Counted from the whole stretch's first letter, positions 13,085-27,462 are shown. The stretch is DNA of 63,350 bases, filler included, from Sluysia triapertura (GCA_046118255.1; 5 parts of 5 records of this genome joined end to end with filler, not necessarily neighbours in it), one strand, 5' to 3'. Program-made: numbers and translations. The notes: generated by a model from the letters alone, not told the origin.

Positions 13085-13785
13085 CTATTTTTTGCTGTCT
13101 ATTAATTCATTTCTGAAATCATCAAAAATTTGAAAGTCAAGTTATTATGCACTAGAAAGTATCTTTCCAATTCTTTTAAATAATGTACAGCATCTGCATA
13201 TCCAATCTCTGGCTCATCTTGTACTGTTTCCTCATGTTCAACAAGTTTGTTTAAAGGTTCCTGGAAAGCCATATCATCAATATTGAAATCTGCACACTTT
13301 GGGAAGTCATTCCATTCAGATATTTCAGAAACATCCATGTTGGTATGCGGTAGAGCTATATTATTAACTTCATTTTATGGAATTATGTCTGCATTATATC
13401 CTCTCCAATTATCAAATTCATGTCTAAAACAGCTGGATACAGTTTCTAAGCTAATTGAGTTCCATGCATTTATTATGAGCGGAAGGACATCAACTAGGCG
13501 AGTTTTTTTAATTGGTTCCTCATATGTAATGGTGTCATCTTCAATCTCTATAGTCATATTTCTTATAAAAGTTTTTGTGTAATGAGGTTTAGCTGTTTTC
13601 ATAATTCATTGACCAAGGGGCTGGATTTTGGAAGTACACATTATGGAACACCTCATCAGTACTGGAGCATTGTCGAGTAATAAGATTTTCCTTTTTCATT
13701 TTCTCATTAAGATTATGTAACCACCGGCCAAAAGTTTCACAGGTCATCCAAGAATTTTTGTTAATCCACAATTTCAGAATTACAA
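13085..13785 (-). mobile_element. Decayed pogo/Tigger DDE_1 transposase (C-terminal half)
   Basis: NKNSWMTCETFGRWLHNLN, LDNAP, SKIQPLGQ, AWNSISLETVSSCFRH, YADAVHYLKELERYF. Confidence 0.85.
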
Positions 13786-14612
13786 TTTGCATCTTAAACT
13801 ATCAAATATACATCTTAAAATCAATCCGAAACTTTTCAAGTTTACAATCTTTTAACATTCAATATATAATATCGCCGAAAAACATTAAATTCATACTTAA
13901 AACCATTTTAAACATTGCAATAAAAATAACATTCCTTTAACAATTTTAGTTATCCATTATTTCCTTTAAACATTCTCTTATCAGCTCTTTCCATAATTCA
14001 TAACTTTGTAATCACCAAATAAAGTCTCATTCAAAGGAAATATGAATCAAAACTAATATTGCAAAATTTATCTAGAGAAGTAAATGAACTATTGTCATAG
14101 TCAAAAGCTAAAAGAAATTCATAATTTTATCTAGAAAACTTTAATATAACAAAGATGAAAAGAACATCATTTGCGTAACTTCATTTATTTATATTTCAAC
14201 TAAAGAAATTTCATAAGTTAAAATTTTCTACAGGATTTTAAAAGAATTTTATTAAGTTTATGTTTAGAAGTATTAAGGTTTAAAAGAATCAAGTTCGTGT
14301 AACAAGTAAACAAAAGATTTATGCGGAATTTTCATAGAATTTTATTATTATTATTTTTATTTCAATTATCTATTTTATTATAATAATTATTATTAATATT
14401 AGTACCATATTTTTAATTAACATCTCAACTAATTTTAATTCATTGTCTGTCATCAGTAGACAGCTTAATTAAAGCTAATTCAACATTTCATGTCTACTGT
14501 CTACCGATGATAAATACTAATTGAAATCATTTTGGCTATAACTTGATTGGACTCCCAATTAATACTAATTTTGTACATTATATCTCTTATGGTATTGGAC
14601 ATCAAATCACTC
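13786..14612 (+). repeat. Twin-hairpin module, copy B (5'-truncated)
   Basis: CA-rich body. IR1 TGTCATCAGTAGACAG/CTGTCTACCGATGATA (~14448-14512); IR2 TGATTGG.../ATTGGACATCAAATCA (~14544-14609). Confidence 0.6.
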
Positions 14613-14757
14613 GTAAATAATAATCTCATTAACTAATAAAAATTATAAAAATCAGAATGCAGAAAAATAGTTACCACAAGTATTAAACAAAAAAGTTAAA
14701 AAATATAAAAATTTAGTTATTAAAAAAGACTCATTAAAAACTCATCTTACAAAAGTA

Positions 14758-16100
14758 ATGAATATCTCTGATAACTCAATAAATGATAACGACAATACTA
14801 ACATAAAATTAACTGAATTTCAAAACCGACGTTTGTTATCATTTCCAAGTAAAAATTGTAATCAGAATTTAATGCCTCATTTAATATGTACTTTATTAAG
14901 CGATGTTGATTATCATACAGTTTATTATGTAATGTCATTATTGAACATAAAGCATTGTCAATGTTTAGTATATGAATTAAAAGTTTCACATAATAAGCAA
15001 GTAATAACTTTTGATGTTGATACTTGCGAATTAATAGAAAACCAAGATTTATGAAAGTTAATAAAATTTATTCATTGTAAAACTCAATTTATAAAGATCT
15101 TCAATAATATTTCGTTAATATTTGCATTATTTGTTACCATTATTTTAAAGAACCAAAATGAATACTCTATACAACATTATACCAAAAATGCTCTTCAAAT
15201 TACGTCAAATGTTTAACCTACTCATTGTTTCTCAATGCATCAATAAAATTTTTGTTAATTAATTCCAGATTAACATTTAGTAAATTGATAGATAACTATA
15301 TCATATCCAAAAGAGTTCCTTCTTAACTTTGATGCTGCAAGTCTATTTTCTTTAAATGATCAAAATTTAATCTTAATGATATTCAATTAGTATTCTATAA
15401 ATGTGTCATGATGAAAAGTTCCCATGAGTATATTCAACAATATTGTTCAAGTGATAAGATGTATTATGACGTTTCTGCTAAAAGCGAAGATCAAGCATTA
15501 AAGATCGAGTTCTGTTATTGAAATTACAACTTGTAAAAAATCATGATAAATGAATGAATGTGAAGGAAGCTTCAAAATTAGAAAATGCTAATGTTCATCT
15601 ACTAAAAGAGTTGGATAGCCCGCAGTATATACTGAGTCATATTATGACGCTATTTTGTACAGCATCATCAATGAATTCAAGAGATTTTCAATTAGTTCCA
15701 CCACGGCTAAATATGATCCTTTATCCAAAGTCAAAGGTTTTAAACCAATCTATTTCCAAGTCATTCTTCGACACAATTTCTAACAATCAATTACGAACAG
15801 TACAATGCACCAGCGAACTCGATTCTTCTAATAAATGAATAATTTATGGATTACACTGCATAATATTGATTTCATTACATATTTGAAATCAATAACAACC
15901 ATGAAATAGCGTCAGAACATAGAATAAGAGTGGATAATTTGGTAACATCACTAAAACATGGAGTTCGACAATCACGCAGACAAGTCAATGCAATCACGCA
16001 GACAAGTCAATGCAATCACGCCAGATGACATCTACATAGACATTGACATTATTCATGAAGAATCTGCAAAGAGCTGGAAATATATCCGATCATAGTTGTA
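14758..16100 (+). pseudogene. Unidentified decayed gene following module B
   Basis: Co-oriented ORF pieces (14758-15054, 15554-15838) with coding-like text between them. 22-bp tandem duplication at 15969-16020. Confidence 0.4.
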
Positions 16101-17429
16101 ACAATATATGATATAGAAACTTTAAAAACATTAATATTAAAATTTAAATTAAATGTCTATAAAAATAAAACTTAATGTTTTTTTGTTTATTTTAATAATC
16201 ATTTGAACTTATAGAAATAAAATGATCAAATATAAAAGTTATTTAAAATTATTTTAATACCATATCCAAATTTCAAGATCTTATAACTGTAAATTATAGC
16301 TTACCAATTTTTATTCAATATGTAAATCATTTAAACTCAAATAATTTTCACACAAAAATTAAACTCTTTATTGTAAACTTTATCGAATGTTAATACTTCG
16401 GATGAATTATTAATTTATGTCAATATCTATTCTCACTTTTCAACGATAGTTTAAGCTGCCTTAATTATAAGTTATTACTCGTTAACAATAGTTTAGCAGT
16501 TACTTAATCTCTTATGGTTTCTTTATTGTCTTGTGTTTTAGAGTTATTTTATATAAAAAAGAACGTGTGCTCGGATACTCGTTCCAATAACCTGGAATAG
16601 AAACGAACAACGTTTAAATTCTATTATAAACTTATTTTAAATTCATTCATTAAGAGTGGTTAAGTTCAATTTTAATCGCGAAAACTATTTTCTATTTCAT
16701 TTTGTTTCTTTTGGTGTTCAAGTGCAATAAAATTTATTAACTACAAAATTTGTATGTTTTTAGCAAGCAAAATAATAAAATTAAATAATGACGTTAATAA
16801 TAAATAAATAAATTTTTTATTTAATTATGATATTACTGCGAAACTAATAATTAAAGACAAAATTTTGTTGCCATAAAATTTATATTTACAATAATGATGG
16901 ATTTTATTTAATTACAATGTTACGACAATTGTTAAATGATTACAATATAGTTCTTTTGATTTGAACTAAATATTTGTTTAATGTATATTTGTTTAATCTA
17001 ACAAAGAATCTTCAAAGTCTCCTAATCAGTCCTTAAAATTTTCAATTAAAAATAGTTGCTGAACAATTATAATATTCGTCCTTCGTTCTGGTATCCCGAA
17101 TCGTCAAGTGGCTACAAAAAATCTTCAAATTCTTGTTGATTAGTTCTTAAATGAAATTCGTAAAGATGGTGTTCTTGTAACTAACACTAAGCTAGTTTTA
17201 ATGCAAAAATTTTAATATAAACTTGAAATAAAGTTTGTTAGCTAAGTAAGAAGGTTTTTCTATTGCTATTCTAACCAATTCGTTTAAATTGTCAATTTAT
17301 TAAACTCTTTTAATAAATAAAAACTCAAAAATGAATATAATTATATTAAAAAAATCACATATAAACAAAGTAACAAAATTAACGGAATTAATAATTTCAT
17401 AATAAAAATCTTTGATTAATTTTAGTACA

Positions 17430-17880
17430 AATATCCCCCCAATAGATCAGGTTTTTGAAAATTTTCTTAATTAGTTTGAGTGTATTTTGTATTTTAACTC
17501 TGGGCCTTATAGTTTCTAAAGAATGAAACTTTTGTAATATGGCATAAAGCCTAGCTGAATAATCTGATTATTCACCTATTAATAACAAATAATAAAAATA
17601 GTTAACATAAAGGATATACAAGTAAATATTATTTACCTTGACGTTGTGGTCCATTAAAATATTGCCAGACGAAGTGGTAGAGACAACTGTAATACTCTTT
17701 AGTAATTCTGTAATTCTTTGTAAGTGTATATTACAAGCTGCTTCACCTTCTTTGCAGATTGTCAATCCATGAACAGAATGAGCGTAGCCACAGATTATTC
17801 CATGCATTAAGGAAGTCCCTTTGTTGTCGGTAGACACATATCAGTTACACGAGCAATTTATATGCATACGATGTACAGGT
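17430..17880 (-). other. Unidentified exon-like fragment
   Basis: Higher-GC ORF 17568..17837 followed by GTAAAT...TTAATAG, a short intron-like sequence. Confidence 0.3.
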
Positions 17881-18599
17881 CCCAATATAGGAAATAATTT
17901 TATTTATGTATATCGAGTCTAACTCTTCACAAGAAACGATGATCATACTTTATTCTTTTGATAATTTTCTTTAATTTTGTCACTTATCACCTAATGCTTA
18001 TCACATAATGCTTAAGTATCATAGATACTTAAAACGTTATTGTAATATAATATTTATTTTCTTATATACCTGTTATAATAAAAATTCGTATAGTATTTAT
18101 TCACCATTATAATAAACTCTAAATTCATTTAAATTTTCTACACGAGAACAAATTAAAATAAGGTAAATACATAAAAAGGTGAATATACAAAACCAAATCC
18201 GAATTAATAATATAAATTAAAATTATATTTCAAGATTTTGAGAATTTTCGTTTAAAGCAACAAAATTAAGATTAATTTTAGTAGAAAACAAAAAGATCAG
18301 AATTATTAATCAATCCTAAATTGATTGGTAATCTTAAATATCGTAGAATATTCGTTGGGAAGTAACTAAAATTCGATAATGAATTTGTCGTATCCGAATT
18401 AATAGACTTAAAATTTATCAAGACTACGTTCAAAATATCTTTATTATTATAGAAAACCAAATTAATTGAATTTAATTTAAATAATTTATGAAATTATTTT
18501 TCAAATAAAAAAACACAGGATAAAAGAACATAACTTTATTAGAAATTCATATGAATACTACATCTATTATAAATATTATTAATTGTCTTACGAAATTAG

Positions 18600-19430
18600 T
18601 GTTTTCGTTGGACTTTGGGCATACCATCAGTCTTGTCAGTTGAAAATTCCTTAAATAAAAATAATTAAGTCAAATAATTGTCTATAATAAAAATTAAAAT
18701 TTTAATTGTGACGTTATTAGTAATATCGTAATCTATTAACGATTAGTGAAAGGCAATGTGGATTGTGATTGGATGTCCAATCAAATCAAAGCAACTGAAT
18801 CAAATAAAGAAATGGAATAGATTTAATTTTTGGTTTTGCGACTGTCAGTAATTGACAGTTAATACGATAATAAAGGCTTTATTTGAATTAAAACTGTCAC
18901 TTACTAGCAGTTGCTAATATAAATTGTGTAGTGATATTAAATAATGATGTTAATAATAAGACTAATAATAAAAATGACGATAATCATAATGAAATGTATT
19001 TTAAAATAATAATAATAATAATATAAAGTAAAATGACAATATAATACAAAAACTCTTTTAAATTCTTTCCTTACATGATACTTTCTTTTATTTCTTTATT
19101 AAAAATGATTAAGAAGTGTGAGTTTAATGTTTTTCAAAGAGGTTGATGATTGAGTGTGAAAGGATTGAGAACTTGAAATGTTTTAGATTAATTTTAAAAT
19201 GTATATTTGATAATTTGAGATGTAAATTGTGATTCTAATGTTGTGAAATTGTGAATTAAGAATGTTTTAAATGAAATTTAAAATGTACATTAATGTAAGT
19301 ATAATTTTGATGTTATGAGATTGTGAATTTACAATGTTTTGAAATGTAAAAAGGTTTTAATGGATCTGAAAAAATAGATATTTCATGTGAAGTGGTAATT
19401 TGAATTTTAAGTGAAAAGGTTGGCCACCAC
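18600..19430 (-). repeat. Twin-hairpin module, copy C
   Basis: Start TGTGGTGGCCAACC (rc at ~19418-19431); 23-bp inverted repeat 18838-18915 (19/23); palindrome TGATTGGATGTCCAATCA 18766-18783. Confidence 0.75.
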
Positions 19431-19989
19431 AATGACTCAAAATTTATTTTGTAAGATTTTTTTTATAGATTGAGTGTAATTAGTTTAATATAATGATTTT
19501 TTATCTAATGTATTCAGAATATTTTTTACGAGTTTAATTTAGAGATCTAGTTCGATACTCATCCATGTTCTTAGATTTGAATGCGTTAATTAATATTTTA
19601 TAAATTATTACTTTAAGCTTTCGCAAACTTACATCTAAATCCCACTCCGTGAGTATGAACAGATAGATTACAGTCTGTATTTTATCTCAAACAGAGGACG
19701 TATCTGTAAAAATATTAACAACGAAAAATATCGAAATTATATAACAAAAATATGATTTAAATAAACATAAGCTACAAAGACTATTTAAAAAAATCAACAA
19801 CTCAATACAAATTCTAATAGACTTACAGCAATTAAATTACTCGACAACTTGACAGAAAACATTTATGTATATAACTTTTTTTCTAATACTTAATTGAAAT
19901 TTTAAAATTGTGTTAACACAATTGTTAAATTTAATTAATTTAAATGGATTTTAAGTCTTAGAGATATAAGACAGTCCTTACGGAAAATC

Positions 19990-20783
19990 TATGGTGGCCA
20001 ACCTATTACATTAATAAAATTATATCCTAAATACTTTATACATTTCATCAGAAACATTCCTTTTACATAAGTTTTGCCAACATAACACTCACCTTCAAAA
20101 CCTACCTTTTACATTCTAAAATCAACATGAAACGATATTAAACTAAATCAACACATTGTATATAAAACCATATTCCCTAACATTTTAACGTTCCCATATT
20201 TATCTCTTTTACATCCACTAAAAACATCTTCATCCGTTAAAATCAATCAAACCCACAATCGCATAACATTCAAACCACAATTACATTCAAAACCATTAAA
20301 TTACATTAAAAAATTCATCTAAAATATTTTATTCTCCATTTCTCAACAATTCAATCACAATCACATTCGAGATTAACTAAAAAACATCTTCAAAGCAATT
20401 CAAACATTCGACATGCACGATCTTTTATCATTAAATCCTAACAACCAAACATGACTCTCTTTCAAAACATTAATGCACATTTATCACTCACTTTAACATT
20501 TATACTATTCCAAAGTCCTTAAGTCATAACCTTCTACACTCTATTAACATCTCCGGTTAGAAACATTATTTTATTCGCAACATCAATGTATCTGTAAAAT
20601 CCATGTAAAATAATTATACCATTTTTAAATATTTAAATCATAAGTTTCTACATCATAATTTTAACCTCTAAACCACCAAAGATATCTAGTTTTTTTAAAT
20701 AGATTGTGACATGTTCAGAAGGTAAAGACATAAAAGAAAGATCATGTTTAAGTCACAGAATACGGAATTTATGCGTTTTTGGG

Positions 20784-20821
<38 letters not shown>
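19990..20821 (+). repeat. Twin-hairpin module, copy D (3'-truncated at AAT tract)
   Basis: TATGGTGGCCAACC start; body 20090-20410 visibly homologous to 31180-31490; (AAT)n at 20785-20821. Confidence 0.75.
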
Positions 20822-21716
20822 TGTAGTGGCCAACACCCATAATTCAAAATTTTCTAAAATCTCACAACTTTTAAATCACAATCACACTTAACATCATCAA
20901 ATCACAACAACCAGTTCACAAAAAACATAACATCTAAATTAATCACATTTCACATTATCGAATTACATTAACTGATTCATCATAAACAACATTCGACATT
21001 TATATTATTTTAACAACATATCCATCTTAAACAACTCGTCTAATAGTCTCTACCATTCATCTCACACCATACTTTGACAATTAATACGAAACAATCCATA
21101 ACATTCACTCAAACCAAATTACAATCACAACACATAATATTTAAATCACAAATGTATTAACACCATCCAACAACATTAACAAGTACCTGAAACATAGAAA
21201 ACATTTACGCTACAATCACGAATCAATTACACTAATTCAAACCCATCGCTTCTACACATAGCCATTATCAACAATCCACAATAACATTGTAAATACGCTG
21301 AGATTTATCTCGTAATCATCTTTTAAATTTAATAAACCATAACCTTTTAACAAACTTCTCAAACCATTACATTCAATGTATAAACCGTATTTTCAATTAT
21401 AAAACTTAAATAAATCTCAAGAATTTATTCTAACATTCTTTATTTTACTTACAACTCAAATCATTCTCTCATTTTCATAAACTAAATTTAATACAGCTTT
21501 AAAGAATTCATTGCCTTATGATGAAGCAACAACGATAACTTAAGCATGGCATACCACGTTACCGTTGCTCCGTCACATAATTTCAATAGTGTTATTTCTT
21601 ATCTTATTTTAATATGTAAGAAATCAAGACATAGAAAAAAAAGATCATGTTTTTAAAGATTACAAGAAATTTTATGTGATTTACTTTTATTTGATAATAA
21701 TAATAGCAATATTATT

Positions 21717-21749
<33 letters not shown>

Positions 21750-21980
21750 GTTATTATTATTAACAAATTAAAATAAAATTAATTCAATGACGATCAATCT
21801 GGTTGGTACCATCATCAGTGTTGACACTATACGTTACATTTTTCATTAAAGTGCCACCACTGATGATGGTCAATCATCAGTTTTATCGGTCTTGATTTGC
21901 CATCAATATTTCTTGCACACCACCCAATCAGAGTTCATACTATTAAATATTCTTTCCGAGACTCTGATTGGGTAAGTTAA
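20822..21980 (+). repeat. Twin-hairpin module, copy E
   Basis: TGTAGTGGCCAAC start; ATT tract; IR1 21808-21870 (19/21); IR2 21922-21973 (13/13, ACCCAATCAGAGT). Confidence 0.8.
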
Positions 21981-22154
21981 ACAATATTAATTTTATCTAA
22001 TTAAAAAATTACAATAGTCACTCAATGTTTAATTTTCAATTTTGGTCCAACACATCTTTATCAAATACAAAAAACATTTACATTCGAATAGAATTATTTT
22101 TCTATGGTTTTCATGTGTGAATTTTAACGCCGAATATTGATTCAAATTATAGTT

Positions 22155-23159
22155 ATGGAAAAAAACTTCTACGAATCGATTGATTATTGAAAATTCTGTG
22201 AAATCATTTTATATCCAAGCTTTAGTAAAATGTACTAATGTTGCTAATGATATTTTAAAACCGAATAATAAATTGTTGGCGAAGAAATTAATAAAGGATT
22301 CTCATGAGTTTGATGAAATCTATCTAGATCAAAAACAAAAAGCAGAACAAACTACAAATGTATTATCTTTTTGTAATGACAATAAAGTTAACATTCAAAT
22401 AACTACTCTTTTTGATCTTTTCGAACATAATCAATGCAATTTTTGTAGTACTCTAGAGAGTCAGAATAGTTGTAATGAAGATTCGCGTAATGCAAACGAA
22501 GATAGTTTTTACTGTGAAACACTTAGAACAAATGCTTATAAAGAAGATAAAACTGTAAGTTATGATGAATAATAATGGGAATAGTCGATCCCATACGTCA
22601 AGTCTTAAAGATTTTACCGATTTAGTTAATAGTCGAAATCTAACAAAATCAACTCATCCGTTTGCCACATCTATGATATTATTTTCTAAAAAATTTTTAT
22701 CATTAATCAATCCACAACTAGTTCAACAAAAAACAGATCGAATATCCCAAATCATGAATGAACAGTTAGTTATTAAGAGAGTATTCGAAGACGAATTAGA
22801 TAGTTATGACAACAAAGATTTAGTCAGTAGTATACGGATTATGCATAATCTGCATAATATGTCAAAGAATTATAAATTTAAACTATTTAATCACTGTCTA
22901 CCAAAGCCGACCAAAGGCCAGCACTATAATGCAAAGGAACGCAATCGATTTGTCTCTAGACAGAGTAATGCATCGCTTTAGTTTAATATTAAAAATTTAT
23001 GCTACAAATGGTTTTAAGATCTATTTCTATAAGTTTATCATACTACAAATTAGTGGGATCAACCTAATACTCCAACGTCAACAGTTAACGACGTCATCAA
23101 CAGTCAATCGAGAAAACGATTTAATCATGAAAATTAATGAACAATACTTTTTGCGGTAA
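22155..23159 (+). pseudogene. Unidentified frameshifted gene following module E
   Basis: Three overlapping co-oriented ORFs (22180-22572, 22562-22981, 22929-23159). No family recognised. Confidence 0.4.
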
Positions 23160-23744
23160 GATATTATGTGTAAGATCTTATTCTATATCTTTGTTGATTT
23201 ATATTTTAGATAATGAAATTAAGGAATGGATCTAGTGAAAGAAAACATTATATTAAAATCTAAAATTGTCGTTTCATATAATAAATTTATTGTATTTAGA
23301 ATTATTATATTTATTTTAAAAAATGAAATATATACCTATATCAATTGTTTCCAGAAAATAGAATTTTATACTGTTACATAGTTAATAAAATAAAAACGAC
23401 TTCGAAACATAAGTCATTGACATTTAATGACTTAAACGATCAAACAAAACTTACATATAAATTTATATACATAATAGTAAACACGACTCATAACCTAATA
23501 GCGTCTCACTCTGTCATCCGTCAGAACCTTCTACAAAATTTTATTATTACCATCATTGACTTGCCTATTAGATCGCAACCTAAAAATCTGAAGTCAAACA
23601 TAAACTACTTATCAAAAATAGCTCGATTTTGTCTCTACAATACTAAATTATTAAAAACGTTATTAGTTAAAAATTCAAAAATCTACATATTAACATTTCA
23701 ATTTAAAACTATAAAACCTCCAAACTTGTGCATGGACCACACTA

Positions 23745-23935
23745 CCATACTTTGTTTGTCCTTCTTTGTTATCCAATAATTTCCTGATCTTTAAAGGCAT
23801 GCCACGGATGAGCTTGGGGCACAAGTCTTTGATCTCGTCATCTTGATATCATACTTTTATCAGGGTTTCAATAAGTTCCGTCCTGGTTTAAGGGTAGAAA
23901 CTCTCCTTCTGACAATCTCCCAGGCCAGGAAAGCA
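23745..23935 (-). mobile_element. Tc1/IS630-like transposase C-terminal relic
   Basis: WEIVRRRVSTLKP / TELIETLIKV*YQDDEIKDLCPKLIRGMPLKIRKLLDNKEGQTKY resembles the Tc1 C-terminal L..SMP.R....GG.TKY pattern. Confidence 0.7.
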
Positions 23936-24637
23936 AATATTAAGAAAACCAAAGAAAACATATTTTTCCTGTTTCAGGCTAATAATTTGGCCACTATATA
24001 TATATATATATATAGTTCTTTGCATTCAAACGACACTTTTTTGACGAAATAATCGTGGTAGAAATATAAGCAAAAGAAATAATTTACCTTTCATTTAATT
24101 TGTCGGTAGTAAAATTAAATTTATAAGAGGAGAGTTTTAAAATCAGAATTAAAGTTCAAATCGAATATAAATCCATAGAATGAAATCCAAATTAAAGTTA
24201 AATCTTCTATTTTTGTACCTGAAATTACTTCTTATTATGTTTTCAGAAGTGTTTTGTCTCTTACTTCATTATAAAAGCATCAAATTTTAAAGTACGACAT
24301 TTTGGGTCATTTTAAAGAAAATACAAATTTAATGAACTTATAGTAGAAATATTCAGAGAAGCAAACTTAGGTGAAGATGTTTTTAATGCTAGATATGCTT
24401 AATTAATGTTGTAAATAAAACTTATTTGATGCAAATTCGTTTAAAACAATGTCTTTTTTCGTTTTTATTGTTGAAATATAGTGAATAAAAAAAGCAGTGA
24501 AAGAAAATCTTAAATAGAAAATATAAAAAAAGTATATCTTATTTCGTTTTCATTTTTATATTATTGTTAATAACTTTATTGTTTATTTCTATCTTTGTTA
24601 TTTTAATTTTTATTATTTTTAATTTTTTTTATCGTTA

Positions 24638-24669
<32 letters not shown>

Positions 24670-25839
24670 GCTGGGCTTTTCTTAAATTTAAACCTACGGC
24701 AAATTAAATACTGAACAGAGTCCGATTACAGTAAACGACTTACAACGTATAGTTGGCGTTTCTGTAACTTAATGTTAATATATTTATTCAAAAACCCATC
24801 TAATACATCTCTCTCTTAGCAATTACTTAAGAGGGTCTTATATAATCTTATCTAAATTAAAATTTATTGAATACAATAAAAAAATTCAACTAATAACGAG
24901 TTTATTCAATAATGATTTATACAATAACCAAAAGGCAATCAAAAAGTCAAAAAATCAAATAATTATTTTATGATTAAAATCATTGTGAAATCTTTAATCA
25001 AATCTCTTCAAATTTTAAGCTAGAATTTCCCTCTCACTATATCGCGCGGTTCTTACAATAAAATAGTAAAATTGAAATTTAAGTATATTTTAATATTTTG
25101 ATTATTAAAATAAAAATACCCTTACAATAAAATATTTAGGCTTGAAGGGACTGAAACAAAACTGGAACGATTTAATAATTTCAAAATAGCGCAACAAAGC
25201 GAATTGAAAATTTGTCACTATTAATAATTTTAAAAATGACTAATGTAAATTGTTGTTCAATCCAAAATTAAACTGGTTACTCAGTTAAACTGATGCTAGT
25301 TTATATACTAGTCATAAGCCAATAGGAATCGATGAAAGGTTCTAGAACATTTTAGAAGCTTCTATTCTGTTTTTTGTAAGCAAATTTTCTTTTTTTCAAA
25401 AATAAATATTTTTAAAGTGATTTAAACATTTTAAATGATTTTTAAATAATTTTAGAATGTTTTAGTAGCATTTAACATGATTTTAGAGGGTTGTGATGAC
25501 AACCTAACATTATTATTACTATTGCTAATGCTACTATTTTATTCCGTCATTAAAATTTTAAAATAATTATAACTATCCAATCAAATATATATATCGATCC
25601 ATTATCAGCTTCAAAAAAAATAATTGATTTAAAGTTGAATATAACATCAAATGCATTTTTTGAATTTATAGATCATACTAACTTCAAAATTGTTTTTGGT
25701 ATCACTAGAAGAAGATCTTCACTGGAATTTAAATTTTAAATATGTCTATGATTGATGGGGGAAGATTTATTTTTAGAAGGTAATAATATTATTGAATAAA
25801 TATGTAAAGGTAATATCAAAATTATTCAATGTTTAGTAC

Positions 25840-26466
25840 TAAACTTCAAGTTAAATTTAACGATGAAGATCAAGATAAGATAAAACATACTGAATGGATA
25901 TTCGTGAAATTTCAAATGTCATTCTTTACTGCCTAATATTAGTGAATATTTGTTTAAATTTCAAAGACACAAACTTAAATCGAGAATACAAAGACTACTA
26001 CCGCTTTTCTCCGAAAAGAAGACTTAGAGTGATGTTTCAGGATGATTTTAATTTAAGACCTAGCTCTAAAACAAACCCTAATTTTGTAACAAATATTATC
26101 AATCAATAACAAATATTATCAATCAATATTCAATCATATGAACTAGATGAGTTTTGGCTAATTGATTAATTGGCCTGAAAGCAGTCAAAATTTTATTACC
26201 ATGGTTTTGTGAAATTGGCTTTTCAGCATTAACTGAAATCAAGTCCAAAAAGCGAGAAAGAATTCTTAAAATTGATGATGAAATGCGAGTTTGTTGAGTT
26301 TGTTTGTCGTCCTTGGACCCTCGGTGGAGTCTAATTTGTTCTCAGAAGCAAGCTTATTTGTCGCACTGAATAAATTTTTATGATTGTTGTTGCTTGTTTT
26401 ATTATTTCTCTGAAATCTCGCGATACATTTGCACATTTTTCGCGACACACAGTTTGGGAACCACTG
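25840..26466 (+). mobile_element. hAT (Charlie/Buster-like) 3' end with right TIR
   Basis: AVKILLP..CEIGFSALTEIKSKKRERILKIDDEMRVC and QKQAYLSH*; terminus CGCGACACACAGTTTGGGAACCACTG. Confidence 0.85.
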
Positions 26467-26479
26467 GTTTAAAATATTT

Positions 26480-26585
26480 TATGCGGTAAGGTGTTTAAAT
26501 GTTTAATTGGTTGTTGGTAATGTGTGATTTTTAATTGATTTTATAAATAAGAAATTTTAAGTAAGAAGGCTTACCCACCACACTA
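26480..26585 (-). repeat. Twin-hairpin module, 5' stub (copy I)
   Basis: rc TGTGGTGGGTAAGCC followed by a short CA-rich body, cut by the hAT end. Confidence 0.35.
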
Positions 26586-26819
26586 CATTTCTAATAAATT
26601 AATTATAGTTATTTTTTTGTATATTACATGTTCGCCTCTTAAATTTAAATGTGCGTTAAGTTTTGTCTTTAATCTTTTCTTCAGTAACTCATTAAATTAT
26701 ATAATTATATAAATTGATAAAAACTAAAAGTAATATTTATTTGAAATAAAAATTGTTTTATTTAGCATTTATGTTTCAACTATTCTTCTGGATGTTCAAA
26801 TCCTCTTAAATGTTGTGCT

Positions 26820-27257
26820 ATGAAAAGTTATGGACGTTTTCTAAAATTCTTCATAGAAAAGTATAATGTTGTTCAATTAAAGCGCGTTTTTCAAACTCTA
26901 ATTCAATATTGTTTTGGAAATAATTTCTGGAAAGAACTGACAAATTTGATGTTTCTAATTCCTGGTAATCAAATGTGGAAAGAAGTTCGTATTCGATTGT
27001 TTTTGAGACGGCTCTTTCTGGATCATGTAGACTTTTGCGGTGTCAAAATAAACGGGGAATATTTGAAACTAATTTGGAACATAGATGAAGAAAATCGAAA
27101 GGAATATGATGAAAATGACGATGAAAATGGCAATGAAAATGACAATGAAAATGAGAGTTTTATTGAAGAGAGTAAAACGTTTACAACTTCTGATGGCATC
27201 GAAAATGTTCAATTTGTAAACATCGATGAGATTATCGAATATAATAAAGTATTGTAA
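26820..27257 (+). CDS. Hypothetical protein with acidic D/E/N tail
   Basis: 145-aa ORF with coding-like composition; no family recognised. Confidence 0.35.
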   Translation: MKSYGRFLKFFIEKYNVVQLKRVFQTLIQYCFGNNFWKELTNLMFLIPGNQMWKEVRIRLFLRRLFLDHVDFCGVKINGEYLKLIWNIDEENRKEYDENDDENGNENDNENESFIEESKTFTTSDGIENVQFVNIDEIIEYNKVL

Positions 27258-27362
27258 GTATTTATATTGAAGAATAAAGGTAGAAAGTCTATTTGACATA
27301 AGTTTTTAATAAATGATAATATCAGTCAAATATGTTTTAAAATTCATTTAGTACTACTACTG

Positions 27363-27462
27363 NNNNNNNNNNNNNNNNNNNNNNNNNNNNNNNNNNNNNN
27401 NNNNNNTTAATTAATTAANNNNNNNNNNNNNNNNNNNNNNNNNNNNNNNNNNNNNNNNNNNN
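27363..27462. other. Artificial contig linker
   Basis: 44 N + TTAATTAATTAA + 44 N. Confidence 0.98.

Noticed and set aside
19990-21450. Mitochondrial control-region or NUMT interpretation of the CA-skewed body
   Set aside because: No mitochondrial genes, rRNA or tRNA seen; flanking genes are nuclear.
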